Shown one piece after another: positions 1 through 11,630 of a stretch of DNA of 64,000 nucleotides. The first letter of the stretch is position 1. Each line of letters starts with the position of its first letter. The position numbers and the translations under genes are program-made. The stretch spans positions 106,082,001-106,146,000 of the forward strand of contig NW_027362762.1 in the NCBI RefSeq assembly GCF_046119375.1. Reading direction: 5' to 3'. Below the pieces are notes generated by a model. It searched no databases. It worked only from the letters and a program-made list of their open reading frames with translations, and was not told where the DNA came from. The DNA comes from Phyllobates terribilis (Eukaryota).

Positions 1-1551
1 GATCAACCCTCTGCTTATAGTGAGCCTGCCGTACCCCTAGTGAGCCAAAGAGCCCGTAGACAGCTGCCCAGTTTATCTTTGACAGCTCCTACACCCCGTA
101 GCTCAGGACCAGTCAGTCAGCTCCGTAGGTCCACTAGAGCCACTAGAGGCCAGTTGCCCGTACGTTGGAGGATCTAAGTGTTTAGACTGCTTTATTTGTA
201 TTTACCTGTTTATTGTTGCCTGTAAATAATTGTGTATTTTTAGTTATTTTATAGGTGTCGTTTAGGGATTATCCAGAATACTTTGTACATATGTTTGGAG
301 CGTAACCCAGGAATGGACTAAAGACTGTTAAGGACTCGGGGCAGGACAGACCCCTACCTGGTTACGGCTCCCTGTTCCTTGGTGAAATGGACACCCTTGT
401 TTTCTTCAAAAACTGCACCCGGTTGCGGACACACCGTGACCATCCTAATGTGTTTTTCTTTATTATGCTGTTTCTGTTTATACTTGTATGTTTACAAAAA
501 TATGTTTAGTCCCGGAGTACTAAATTTCACTAGGGGGGAATGTGGCACCCCAGGGGTCTGGTTTCCACAGTAATAGCAATATTACGTCTGAGAGCAGGTG
601 GGAGGTCTCCTGGTCAGGAATCCTATGCATGCCACACCTCCTGCCCAGTCCTGGGAGGGGAAGAACTTCCCCTATATAAAACTAGGGCTGAGGCAGGGTT
701 AGGGAGAAGAAGAGGAGTCCCAGACAGAGACATAGTCTGGTGTGGAGAGGAGCAGCTATAGGAAAGAAAGATCAGGAGCTCTGTGGGAGCTGTGCTAAAA
801 GAGGTCAGGGCTGGAAGCTGTAGAGCTCGCCCTGATTGAAGAGTTCTTACCGGACCCGGAGTCCGAGGCTGTGGGGACTAATCCTTACCCAGCAGCAGAA
901 ACCGCCCGGCAGGGGATTTCAGGTCCTCTGGCCAAGAAACCCGAAGGCACGGTCACATGCAAGGGACCAGCACCGCCGTCGTGGAGCGGAAGCTACCAGA
1001 AGGCCCCGAGTCACCGGCCATACGGGTGAGCACCACACGGTACACTCAGGGACGTGGGCTACTTTTATCAGCCTCTAGCAAGGTAGCCAGAAGAGTACGA
1101 TTAGTTGGGGAGGCCTACAACTCCACCTGGCCAGGGGAGATTCCATCTGCTCGCGGACTGACCAGGCCCCGATCGCTAGCCAGTACTCCGGGAGGGTCTA
1201 CCTTTGCCACCAGTAAAGACCCTGAACTACACCGCACCGTCTCCGAGTGTTTCATCATCCACGTCCGCTGCCCTGAGGCCTTACCCCTCCCGTTGGGGGT
1301 TATACCATCCCCGCTGCACAACCGTATCACCGGCCTCAGCGGTCTGCCCTGCAGCGGCGGTCTCATGACCGCATTCAACGGGTGGCGTAGTCGAACATTC
1401 TAACATCTACTGCTAAATACTGCCGCTCAGTTTGACTCCCTGGGCACGGACCGGGTCACCGCCACGAGACTACTACCCCCATCTGATCCGGCTCCGGGTA
1501 AGCCCCCGTGCGCGCGATGCCGCACGACACAGCAGGCCCAGGGGCGCGTCA
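1..1551 (+). mobile_element. 3' end of Ty3/Gypsy provirus A (3' internal region, PPT and 3' LTR); continues left of window
   Basis: PPT AGGGGGGAA (532-540) abuts TGTGGCACCCCAGGGG; the same junction (GGAGTACT...CTAGGGGGGAATGTGG) occurs in provirus B at 34838-34870. Confidence 0.85.
541..1551 (+). repeat. 3' LTR of provirus A (1011 bp, TG...CA)
   Basis: Starts TGTGGCACCCC, ends GGGGCGCGTCA; TATATAAAA near 674; AGTAAA at 1212; homologous blocks with the other LTRs in the window. Confidence 0.85.
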
Positions 1552-2271
1552 GGTGCATGAACCGTAAGAGGTGGAAAATGAGTGTGTGCAGTAATGCTCA
1601 GAGAAGACTTGGACAGTGTTCACACATTGTAGAATGTAGCCCTGTTATGCATATACTTGTATATGAACGATTTTTTTTTTCGGTCCGTGAGAAAGAATGC
1701 ATTACTGTCATCCACGTCTCAAGTGAGACTCACACATTGAAGTCTATGGGTGCGAGAAAAAAAGTCGGATCTCACATGGAAAATTCGAGCGGCATCTGAT
1801 TTTTACGGATACATTTCTATTATAAACATAGGAAACTGTATGTGATCATTTACATGTTCTAATGTAGTTGTATTAAAATGAATCGCACACGGACATAATA
1901 AATGGACATTTAAATGACACATGGATGAAAATTAGAAAAAAAATCATCCGAGTTTTCTGTATGAAACTCGGACGATTTTGCATACGCTTGTCTGCGGGCG
2001 CTCTTATTCTGAAAAGTCGTGGCATTTCAGAAAAAGTATACTTTGAAAATTCGACTAAGAATTATGCTTCTCAGAAGACTAGTCTGAGGTGGGTCTTTTC
2101 AATGTGTGTGTGTATAGATGGAGACCTCTCAGACTATGGAGGCAGACGCATAGTCCCTGGACGACTTTTCAAATTTTGCTTTCTCTTAAATGCCACAATT
2201 TTTCAGCATAAAACATACACAGCTGCAATAATTGAGCCAGAGTCTGATTTGTGCTGCCTGCAGTTCGGACA

Positions 2272-3554
2272 TCTGCAAAGAAACAGTACAACAGAAAGCC
2301 AGTCTGATCCAGTATCGCCTCATGGTTTCCATTACAAGGGGAAACCATGATTCAAGTGTGCACAGTTCCTAAACCTTTGTGCATAATAACGGCTTCCATT
2401 TGTAATGGAAATTTTGAAGCTGTGCTGCAGTAAAATGAAGTGTGAACCTAGCCCAAGTCAGTGACATGTCCTTTAGAAATGGCACTTATAAACTTTTACT
2501 ATTTGGTGTACTGTATGAGCAAGCTGACCTTGACGCTGTGTTTCAGCGAAAACAGCGACATTCCCTTAATCTTGGCATCTAATAATCCCACACCTGTTTT
2601 CAACATAGAACTGCAATATATATGATCAGAAACAGAAGGATGAGCACAGAAAGCTAATAAGAAACTATGAAAATGGAACAGTAGGTGATCACTAGTAATG
2701 AGCAGTTTTTTCGAAAAGTACGGTTTAAAAAAAACTATTTGAGAACTGTAACAGAATTTTGGCTACTAATTTTACACTCATTGTAAATAGTAGGAGCACC
2801 ATCACTTTTGGGATAGATGAGATAATTTTCAAACACATTTTTAATCTTTTGCGATTTATTGGCTGTTTAATCAATACCATTGCCTTGTAGAATACAATCA
2901 TTTTCTCTGAGATTTCCTATTGTGGCAGTACAATAATGGATACAATTAGTTAGATACTGGTAAGAAATATCTGCGTGTATTAAAAATGTGTTTGAAAATT
3001 ATCTCATCTATCCCAAAAGTGATGGTGCTCCTACTATTTACAATGAGTGTAAAATTAGTAGCCAAAATTCTGTTACAGTTCTCAAATAGTTTTTTTTAAA
3101 CCGTACTTTTCGAAAAAACTGCTCATTACTAGTGATCACCTACTGTTCCATTTTCATAGTTTCTTATTAGCTTTCTGTGCTCATCCTTCTGTTTCTGATC
3201 ATATATATTGCAGTTCTATGTTGAAAACAGGTGTGGGATTATTAGATGCCAAGATTAAGGGAATGTCGCTGTTTTCGCTGAAACACAGCGTCAAGGTCAG
3301 CTTGCTCATACAGTACACCAAATAGTAAAAGTTTATAAGATTGCCATTTCTAAAGGACATGTCACTGACTTGGGCTAGGTTCACACTTCATTTTACTGCA
3401 GCACAGCTTCAAAATTTCCATTACAAATGGAAGCCGTTATTATGCACAAAGGTTTAGGAACTGTGCACACTTGAATCATGGTTTCCCCTTGTAATGGAAA
3501 CCATGAGGCGATACTGGATCAGACTGGCTTTCTGTTGTACTGTTTCTTTGCAGA
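2272..3554. repeat. Long near-perfect inverted repeat: arms 2272-2845 and 2979-3554, 133-bp spacer
   Basis: Arms are reverse complements throughout by eye, except a 2-bp indel near 3350. Confidence 0.92.
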
Positions 3555-3558
3555 GTAA

Positions 3559-4322
3559 GGCTATGTTCACACGTCTTGGTTTTTTCAGCATTTTTTTGAT
3601 TTTTTTCAGCTGCGTTTTACAGTAAAAACAGTCTCTGAGATTCCAGAAATCTCATGCACACATCTTGGTTTTTTTTTATCAGGATTTTGTGCTTTGCAAA
3701 TCATGTAATTTCTTTTACCGTTTTTTCAGTGTTTTTCACCCATTGGAAGTAATGGGAAGTGAAAAAACGCCTAGTGGGAACATAGCTATCAGGTTTTGCT
3801 CTGTTTTTAGTGAAAATAAGCAAGTACAGAAGTACGCAAAACTCATTTATCTTTGTGATTTATTTATTTTTTCCATCTTTTCTTGGTCACTGAGATGATA
3901 GTTTTTGTATTAGTACAGTGTGATTAAATTAGTTATGTGTACAGTGTATACATTGGCTGAGCTAAGTGTGAGATTGAATAATATTTGTGTCCCATGGAGG
4001 AAATTGAACAATGCCTGAGCAACTGAATGGCAGACCATAGTGTGAAAGTAAATAGTGTCATACAAACTCAATGCACTGCCAGTGTCTTAGGTAAACTATT
4101 CCTGAACAATTCACCTCCCCTCACTGTTACATTTGAAATTCTGGTTAATATGGTTTCACAGATGTTTTGCATTAGTGACCTGTGCTCATGCTTCTATGGT
4201 GGAAGCAAAGCTGAACCTTGGGATCCTGAAAAATGCACCAAAACCTGTGTTTTGATGCAGCTTCTTTCCTGCTAAGAGATCAGGTTTTGCGGATGAAAAA
4301 AACGCAGTGTGTGAACATAGCC
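3559..4322. mobile_element. Non-autonomous MITE (PIF/Harbinger-like), TIR GGCTATGTTCACAC
   Basis: taa|GGCTATGTTCACAC...GTGTGAACATAGCC|tta; related copy at 22024-22516. Confidence 0.7.
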
Positions 4323-5273
4323 TTAGTCTTCCAGTGAAATTTGTCAAAATCTGCAAAATGCAGATGTTAAATTGGCCAATTAGGGGTAATAAAAAAAAAA
4401 ACACCATAACTGATCATTTTGTATCCTGTTATAGATCCTAGAAAAATGAAAATCATATCAGTGTGAACATAGTCTTACTTAACTTTTTCTTATATACAGC
4501 CCAGCATGATCTTTAAAAAAATAAATAGTGCTCCCTGCTGATCTCTTTGCTTCCTCTTCGAACAGGCTTGGGCATGTGACTACTATAACAAATCAGTGGC
4601 TACAGCAGTGACCAACACATCATTAAAGGAGTCAGTTATTTGCTCCATCTGTCTCATATCCATGACCAGAAGAGGGAGTACTTACAACTGCACTATATAT
4701 TCTGTTCAGCACTGGGACATGCATTAAAAAATGAACAACCAATTAATACTAATAAAAATCTGCTTTTTTTTTGGTCATTTACTATAGTTAAAATGTTAAC
4801 GCACACCTGACATTTCAGAAAAAAAACTGTCATGTTGTCTATGTGAGGAGTAACATTAGTTCTGGCCACTATATGACTTTATAATCTTGTATTGTTCACC
4901 AATTTTCTCCTTTGTAGGCCTCATCTCTAAATTTCAGTTGTCTCTCAGCTAGTTGGTGGGGACTAGCTGCAATGTCTCAAATACACAGCATATATAGACA
5001 TGAGGGATTCTTGACCTCACAGGTCTCTCTGTAGCACATGCCCAGTATTGAGTAGTATAGATGTAAATCTAACACTGGGGTTATCTGATCCCTCAGTGAC
5101 CTGCCAGGCCTCTTGTCTTGAGCATTGCAGGAAGAGGAAGACTTTGACATTAAAGAAGACTCTTCATAAAAACGGCAGTGGTGTTTTTCCTGAAGTGTCT
5201 AATTTTCTCCCTCCGCACCAGTCATTGTGACAGCTTTGCCACCGTAATTTTTTTTTTTCTTGCATCATGTATA

Positions 5274-6463
5274 TGACGCGCCCCCTGGGCCGTGGGGTAC
5301 TCGGTGACCCGGTCCGTGACCCAGGGCGGTCAATCCAAAGGGGAATATTTACACGGGATTTATAGTTTTTATATACAGTTCATGACACCACCTGTGGTAT
5401 GCGGCTAAAGGGAGCCACCACTGCGGGGCAGGTCCTCTGGAGCTGGTGTAAATGCAGCAGAGTTGGTTTAGCTCTCCACAGGTAGAGCTTAGTTCCAGGG
5501 CTGTGCGGAGTTGTTATGGTTGTTGCGGTGTAGTGCAGGGGGTGATGGCGCAGCAATAACTTCAGAGACAGTGCGGTGCAGTCTTCAGAGTTTACTCACA
5601 GTTGTTAAGTTCCTCTGGTTGCACTGTCCAGCTTACAGCCTCGCACGTCGCGCTGCGTTCACCAGGCAGGGGTTCAGCAAGCTCCCAGGTGTTTCAAGAG
5701 TGCCTGACAGGACCCCGTTCTGTATGACCTTCTCAGCCGTCTTTCTGCGCTGGCCCTCACCCTTCTTGCCCTGCGCCTCGCCAAACAATGTCCCAAGCCG
5801 GTATCCTCGGATCTTTCTGGGCAACCTGGAGTTCCCCTGGATCCTACGCGGTTACCTTTTGGGCGACTTGAGTGCGGATGTGGCAGCTGCACCCTGAAAG
5901 TACAGAAGCCTCCAATTTCCAGTTGAACCTTGTAATTCTCACTGCTCAGGGGCCGGTCCCCTCTGCGGCTTGATCCCTCCACCGCCTGGCAGATTCGGGC
6001 GTACGGGTGGCCTCCAGCACTGCCCGTACCCCTGGGATCCCTTTCACTTTCCTGGAGCCTCTCCTGCTCCTCTCTCCCTCAGTCTGTCCAGGGCCTCTCC
6101 TCAGGCCCTCTTCCTGAGCAGAGCTCCTGCTCCCACTCACTGTCCTCCTCTGACTGAACTGTCTCCACACCCAAGATGGCTTCCCTCTTTATACTATCCC
6201 TAAGAAGTGCTCCCCTGATCTACGTCCTCCACCCACGCCCACTACATGGTTCCCCCTACTTTGGTTCCCCCCACTCCAACCAGGGTCAGGGCTCAGCAGG
6301 AAGCGCGACACATCTTGCCCCTCCAGCTGGTCTGGAGTAGTGTAGTGTTGGATGCAGGTGTTAGGGTCCCGGGCAGCACTCTATCCTTACCTGAGGGTGA
6401 GATACCACACCTCTGGGTGAGATGCAGTACCTCTGTGGCGACTAAACCCACAGGGGCGCCACA
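5274..6463 (-). mobile_element. Solo Gypsy LTR (1190 bp), TATA TSD
   Basis: tata|TG...CA|tata; minus strand starts TGTGGCGCCCC and ends GGGGGCGCGTCA; last ~230 nt closely match the provirus B LTR. Confidence 0.9.
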
Positions 6464-6550
6464 TATACAATAATCAGCAGCCAAATGGAAGCAGCCTGAA
6501 GGATGATAAGGCCACTTCTTTTAATTACTTTTGAAGCCTGAAACAGTTAA

Positions 6551-7757
6551 CCCCTTCACCCCCGGGCCATTTTCCGTTTTTGCCTTTTTGTTTTTTGCTC
6601 CCCTTTCCAGAGCCATAACTTTTTTATTTTTCAGTCAATATGACCATGTGATGGCTTATTTTTTTGCGGGACAAGTTGTACTTTTGAACGCCACCATTGG
6701 TTTTACCAAACGGGAAAAAAATTCCAAGTGCGGTGAAATTGCAAAAAAAAGTGCAATTCTGCAATTGTGTGGTTTTTTTTGTTTTTTTTTTTACTATGTT
6801 CACTAAATGCTAAAACTGACCTGCTATTATGATTCCCCAGTTCATTAAGAGTTCATAGATACCAAACATCTATAGGTTAAATTTTATTTAAGTGGTAAAA
6901 AAAAATTCAAAGTTTGTTAAAAAAAAAAGTCGCCATTTTCCGAGACCCGTAGCATCTCCATTTTTCGGGATTTTTTTGCGCGCCAAGCTGGCGTTTTTAT
7001 TGATACCATTTTGGGGTAGATATGTTCTTTTGATCACCCGTTATTGCATTTTATTGCAATGTTGCAACCAAAAAAAAAAAAAACGTAATTCTGGAGTTTG
7101 ATTTTTTTTCTCGTTATGCCGTTTACCGATCGGATTAATGCTTTTTTTCTATATTGATAGATCGGGCAATTCTGAACTCGGCGATACCATATACGTGTAT
7201 GTGGTGTTTTTTTTTTCAATGGGGGAGATTTAAACTTTTATACATCTTTTAATATTTTTAAAAACATTTTCTTTACACATACTTCAATAGTCTCCATGGG
7301 AGACTAGAAGCTCTAATTATCTGATTGCCTGTGCTACACACAGGTGACCATCGCATCGCCTGTGTGTAGCAGAAATGCTCGCTGGCTATGAGCGCCGACT
7401 GCTGGGCAGCGCTCATAACCTCTCTGCAATGACAAATACAGGGGTCTCCTGCAGACCCCAGGTTGTAATGCCAACCCATCGGCGACCCGCGGTCATGTGG
7501 CACGGGCGTCGATGGGCGGGACTAGTGACGTCCTTCCGGTACGGTCATGTTAAATGCCGCTGTCAGAGATTGTCAGAGGCATTTAACATGTTAACAGCTG
7601 CAAGTGGATCGCAATTCCACCCACAGCTGTTAGGGGCACATTACAGCTGATCAGATCAGCTGTCATGTCCCGGAAAGGTGCGGGCTCCAGCGATGAGAGC
7701 CCGCAAAGGGAGAGACCCGACATGTGCCATACATATACAGTACATGTTGGAAAGGGG
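6551..7757. mobile_element. Non-autonomous piggyBac-like element
   Basis: TTAA|CCCCTT...AAGGGG|TTAA termini; no transposase ORF. Confidence 0.7.
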
Positions 7758-9470
7758 TTAAAAGAAGGTCAGAAAGACTTAACCTATGCACAGCAAGTCG
7801 TTTTGACATTGCAGTGGATATGTTCATTCTTTTTTGCATGTTTTAAGTGGTTTTTAGGTGGGTTTCAGAGTGGACACGCCTGAAAAAGATGTTGTGTGCA
7901 CATACCCTGAGGCTACATTCCCATGATGAACATTAGTTGGGTTTTTGATGTTGCAGATTTTGTGCATTTTTTATGTAAATAAGGTTACTTGCGTGTTTGA
8001 GTGTGATTTTTAGATGCTTTTTAGTGTGTCATGCTTTAAATATAGTTGCTTTGTTTGATACTTCTTGGTATTCGGCTTTGACAAAATGTTATTGATGCAG
8101 TCGTGTGCGGATTACATGTGTTTTTTACCACATTTCTGCAGCAGAAATGCACGAACAAAGAATGTGTGTTTTTTACCTGCGTATTTTCCACATCTCATAC
8201 ATGTCTATGGGAAAAATATGCACATAAAACTCGCAAGAGAAATTAAAATGTTGAAACAAGCACCGCAGGTCAGTTTGCTGACTAAAAAAAGCACAGTGGG
8301 CAGGAGATTTCTATAAATCCCATTCACTTTGCTGGAACTGTAAGATGGTGCGTTTTTGATGCAGTGAAAATTCACAGCGTCATAAACTCATCATGGGAAC
8401 TTCTGCTTAGGGTCCACATACCCTAAAGACTCGCTCACATGAGCGTATAACACGGTCGAGTGCTATCCAATGTTTTATCGAATAGCACTCGGACCAATGT
8501 TAGACTATGGGGCAGTGCAGATCTGCCATTTTTAATTTTTTTCTTAAGTCGATTCGGCATGAGAAAAAATTTGCAGCATGCTGCAAGCAGCTCTGGAATT
8601 CGGATCATGCTCACCCATACAAGTCTATGGGCACGTGTGGAACATCGGACTGCACTCAAATGTCCAGTTGCGGACAGAGACAGCCGAGGGGCTGAAAACA
8701 GTTGCCCGCGGGCCGCACCATGCCCCCTGCCAACCAGTCTCTGCATCTGATGCAGATGGCAGTGAACACATCGGTGGAGCCGGGGCCGCCAGTCCCTTAT
8801 TCCACCAATCAGCAAGTGAGACAACTGATGCGATGACGTCATTTCATCGCGTCAGCTGTGCACTGTGGAGGGTCAGAGCACTGGAGACAGGAGCAGAGTC
8901 AGAGCGCCGAAGGAACGGCAGCGAGGTGAGTATGTGGTGCTATTCTTTCATTTGTATGGTATATTTTGTATGTACAGTGGCATGTAAAAGTTTGAGCACC
9001 CCTGGTCAAAATTACTGTTATTGTGAACAGTTAAGCAAGTTGAAGATGAAATGATCTCTTAAAGGCCTAAAGTGAAAGATGATACATTTCCTTTGTATAT
9101 TAGGCAAAAAAAATAATAATAATAATAATATTAATAAATATATATTTATTGCACTTCATAAACCGCAGTTCACACATATAAAGTCCACGAGCCTTTCCAG
9201 TGGCAGCTATGCCCACTTGGCTCCAGGTAAACTATAACGTACCGCTTTTACCTTTTGCAGGGTCTTAACGGTTCCAGGTTTAGTTTGCCACCACTTTCAC
9301 TTTTAGGCTTCCCAGGTGGGGGTCTCCAGCCCTCGTACCTTTGAAGGCTACTGGTATGTTTTCACTCACATCCAGTCTGCGCCTTTCAGGACTCTTGTAT
9401 GCCAAGCCGGCTCTCCCTCAAAGGCCACTGGCATCCAGGCTCGACCTTTCAGGCTGCCAAACTTCACTCT

Positions 9471-9559
9471 CGGCCTCACTAGGCCTCACTAGGCCTCACT
9501 AGGCCTCACTAGGCCTCACTAGGCCTCACTAGGCCTCACTAGGCCTCACTAGGCCTCAC
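9471..9559. repeat. Tandem decamer (AGGCCTCACT)~9
   Basis: Directly visible repeats. Confidence 0.95.
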
Positions 9560-9822
9560 ACGAACGGTGTCCCACACACATGGGGAACAGGCCTCATGCC
9601 TCTCACAGAACACACCTGTCTCCCATCAAGCAGGGTTTATATATGCATCCCGTGCACACACACACACACACATACTGACAGGACCTTGCTGATGTCACAG
9701 TCATGTGATCAGACAGACATTCTGTGGTGCAGGACCTGTGCTATGTCACAGTCATGTGACCAGTCACCTGAGGGGGAAGGTACATGGTCAGGTAAAACAC
9801 ATCCTGGACCATTACCGTAATG

Positions 9823-9980
9823 NNNNNNNNNNNNNNNNNNNNNNNNNNNNNNNNNNNNNNNNNNNNNNNNNNNNNNNNNNNNNNNNNNNNNNNNNNNNNN
9901 NNNNNNNNNNNNNNNNNNNNNNNNNNNNNNNNNNNNNNNNNNNNNNNNNNNNNNNNNNNNNNNNNNNNNNNNNNNNNNNN
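9823..9980. other. Assembly gap (158 N)
   Basis: Run of N. Confidence 1.
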
Positions 9981-11419
9981 ACACTTTAAAAATTACAAAA
10001 AGAAAAGTGGGCTAATGCAAAAGTTTGGGCACCCTGCAAGGTTAGTACCTAGTAGTGCCCCCTTTTGAAAGTATCACAGCTTGTAAACACTTTTTGTAGC
10101 CAGCCAAGAGTCTTTCAATTCTTGTTTGAGGGATTTTCATCCATTCTTCCTTGAAAAAATTCTTTCAGTTCTGTGAGATTCCTGGGTCATGCACTGCTAT
10201 TTTGAGTTCTAGCCACACATTTTCAATGATGTCCAGATCAGGGGACTGTGAGGGCCATTGTAAAACCTTCAGCTTGCACCTTTTGAGTTAGTCTATTGTG
10301 GATTTTTATGTGTGTTTAGGATCATTATCCATTTGTAGAAGTCAATCTTTTTTCATCTTCAGCTTTTTTCACAGATAGTGTTATGTTTGCATCAAGAATT
10401 TGTTGAAATTTCATTGAATCCATTCTTCCATAGAGAAATGTTCCCTCTCCCTTGGCTGCAACACAATCCGAAAGCATGACTGATCCACCCCCATGCTTAA
10501 TGGTTGGCGAGATGTTCTTTCCCTAAAATTCTCTGCTCTTTTTTCCCCACACATACCTTTTATCATTGTGGCCAAAGAGTTCTATTTTAACCTCATCGGT
10601 CCACAGGACTTGTTTGCAAAATGCATCCGGCTTGTTTATATGTTCTTTTGCATACTTCTGACACTGAATTTCATGGTGAGGACGCAGGAGAGGTTTTCTT
10701 CTGATGACTCTTCCATGAAGGCCATATTTGTGCAGGTGTCTTTGAACTGTAGAACAATGTACCACAACTCCACAGAGTCTGTTAAATCTTTCTGAAGGTC
10801 GTTTGCATTCAAGCGGGGGTTGTGATTTGCCTCTCTAGCAATCCTTCAAGCAGTTCTCACTGAAATTTTGATTGGTCTTCCAGACCTTATCTTGACCTCC
10901 ACTGTTCCTGCTAACTGCCGTTTCTTAATTACATTTCGAACTGAGGAAAGGACAACTTGAAAACGCTTTGCTATCTTCTTATAGCCTTCTCCTGCTTTGT
11001 GGGCCTCCACCATTTTCATTTTCAGAGTGCTAGGCAGCTGCTTAGAAGAACCCATGGCTGCTGGTTTTTGGCACAAGGTTACAGGAGGCTGGGCTTTTAT
11101 AAAGCTGGAAAATTTGCATCACCTGGACTTTCCTAACGATGACAGTGAACAAGCCATAACCCTAACAGGCTAATTAAGGTCTGAAACCTTGGTCAAAGTT
11201 ATCTGAGCGCAAATCTCCAAGGGTGCCCAAACTTTTGCATCGGCACATTTTCCTTTTTGTAATTTTTAAAATGCAAATTTTTTTTTTGCCAAATTTATAA
11301 CGGAAATGTGTCATCTTTAACTTTAGGCCTAGTAGAGATCATTTCATCTTCAACTTGCTTAACTGTTCACAATAACAGTCATTTTGACCAGGGGTGGCCA
11401 AACTTTTACATGCCACTGT

Positions 11420-11630
11420 GCGTAGGAGGCTATGTGGGGGCAGCTAATACTGTATATAGGGGGCTATGTGGGGGTGGTTCATACTGTGTATATAGGAGGC
11501 TACGTGGGTGTTCTTATGGTATATAAGTGGCTGTGTGAGAGTTCTTTACAGTATATAGGGGGCTGTGTAGGGGCTCTTATAGCATATAGGGGGCTGTGTG
11601 CAGGCTCATACGGTATACAGGGGGGTGTCG
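11420..11630. repeat. Degenerate G-rich minisatellite (TATAGGGGGCT(A/G)TGTG-like)
   Basis: Recurring tatagggggctatgtgggg units. Confidence 0.6.

Larger units (their letters stand above)
8975..11418 (-). mobile_element. Tc1 (IR/DR type) transposon with decayed transposase; left TIR interrupted by an insertion and the N gap
   Basis: TIRs CAGTGGCATGTAAAAGTTTG / CAAACTTTTACATGCCACTG; inner DRs near 10010 and 11220; fragments MGSSKQLPSTLKMKMVEAHKAGEGYKKIAKRF, VLWTDEVKIELFG and a C-terminal ...KGGTTRY. Confidence 0.9.

Noticed and set aside
9705-10068. ORFs containing X runs
   Set aside because: They span the N gap.
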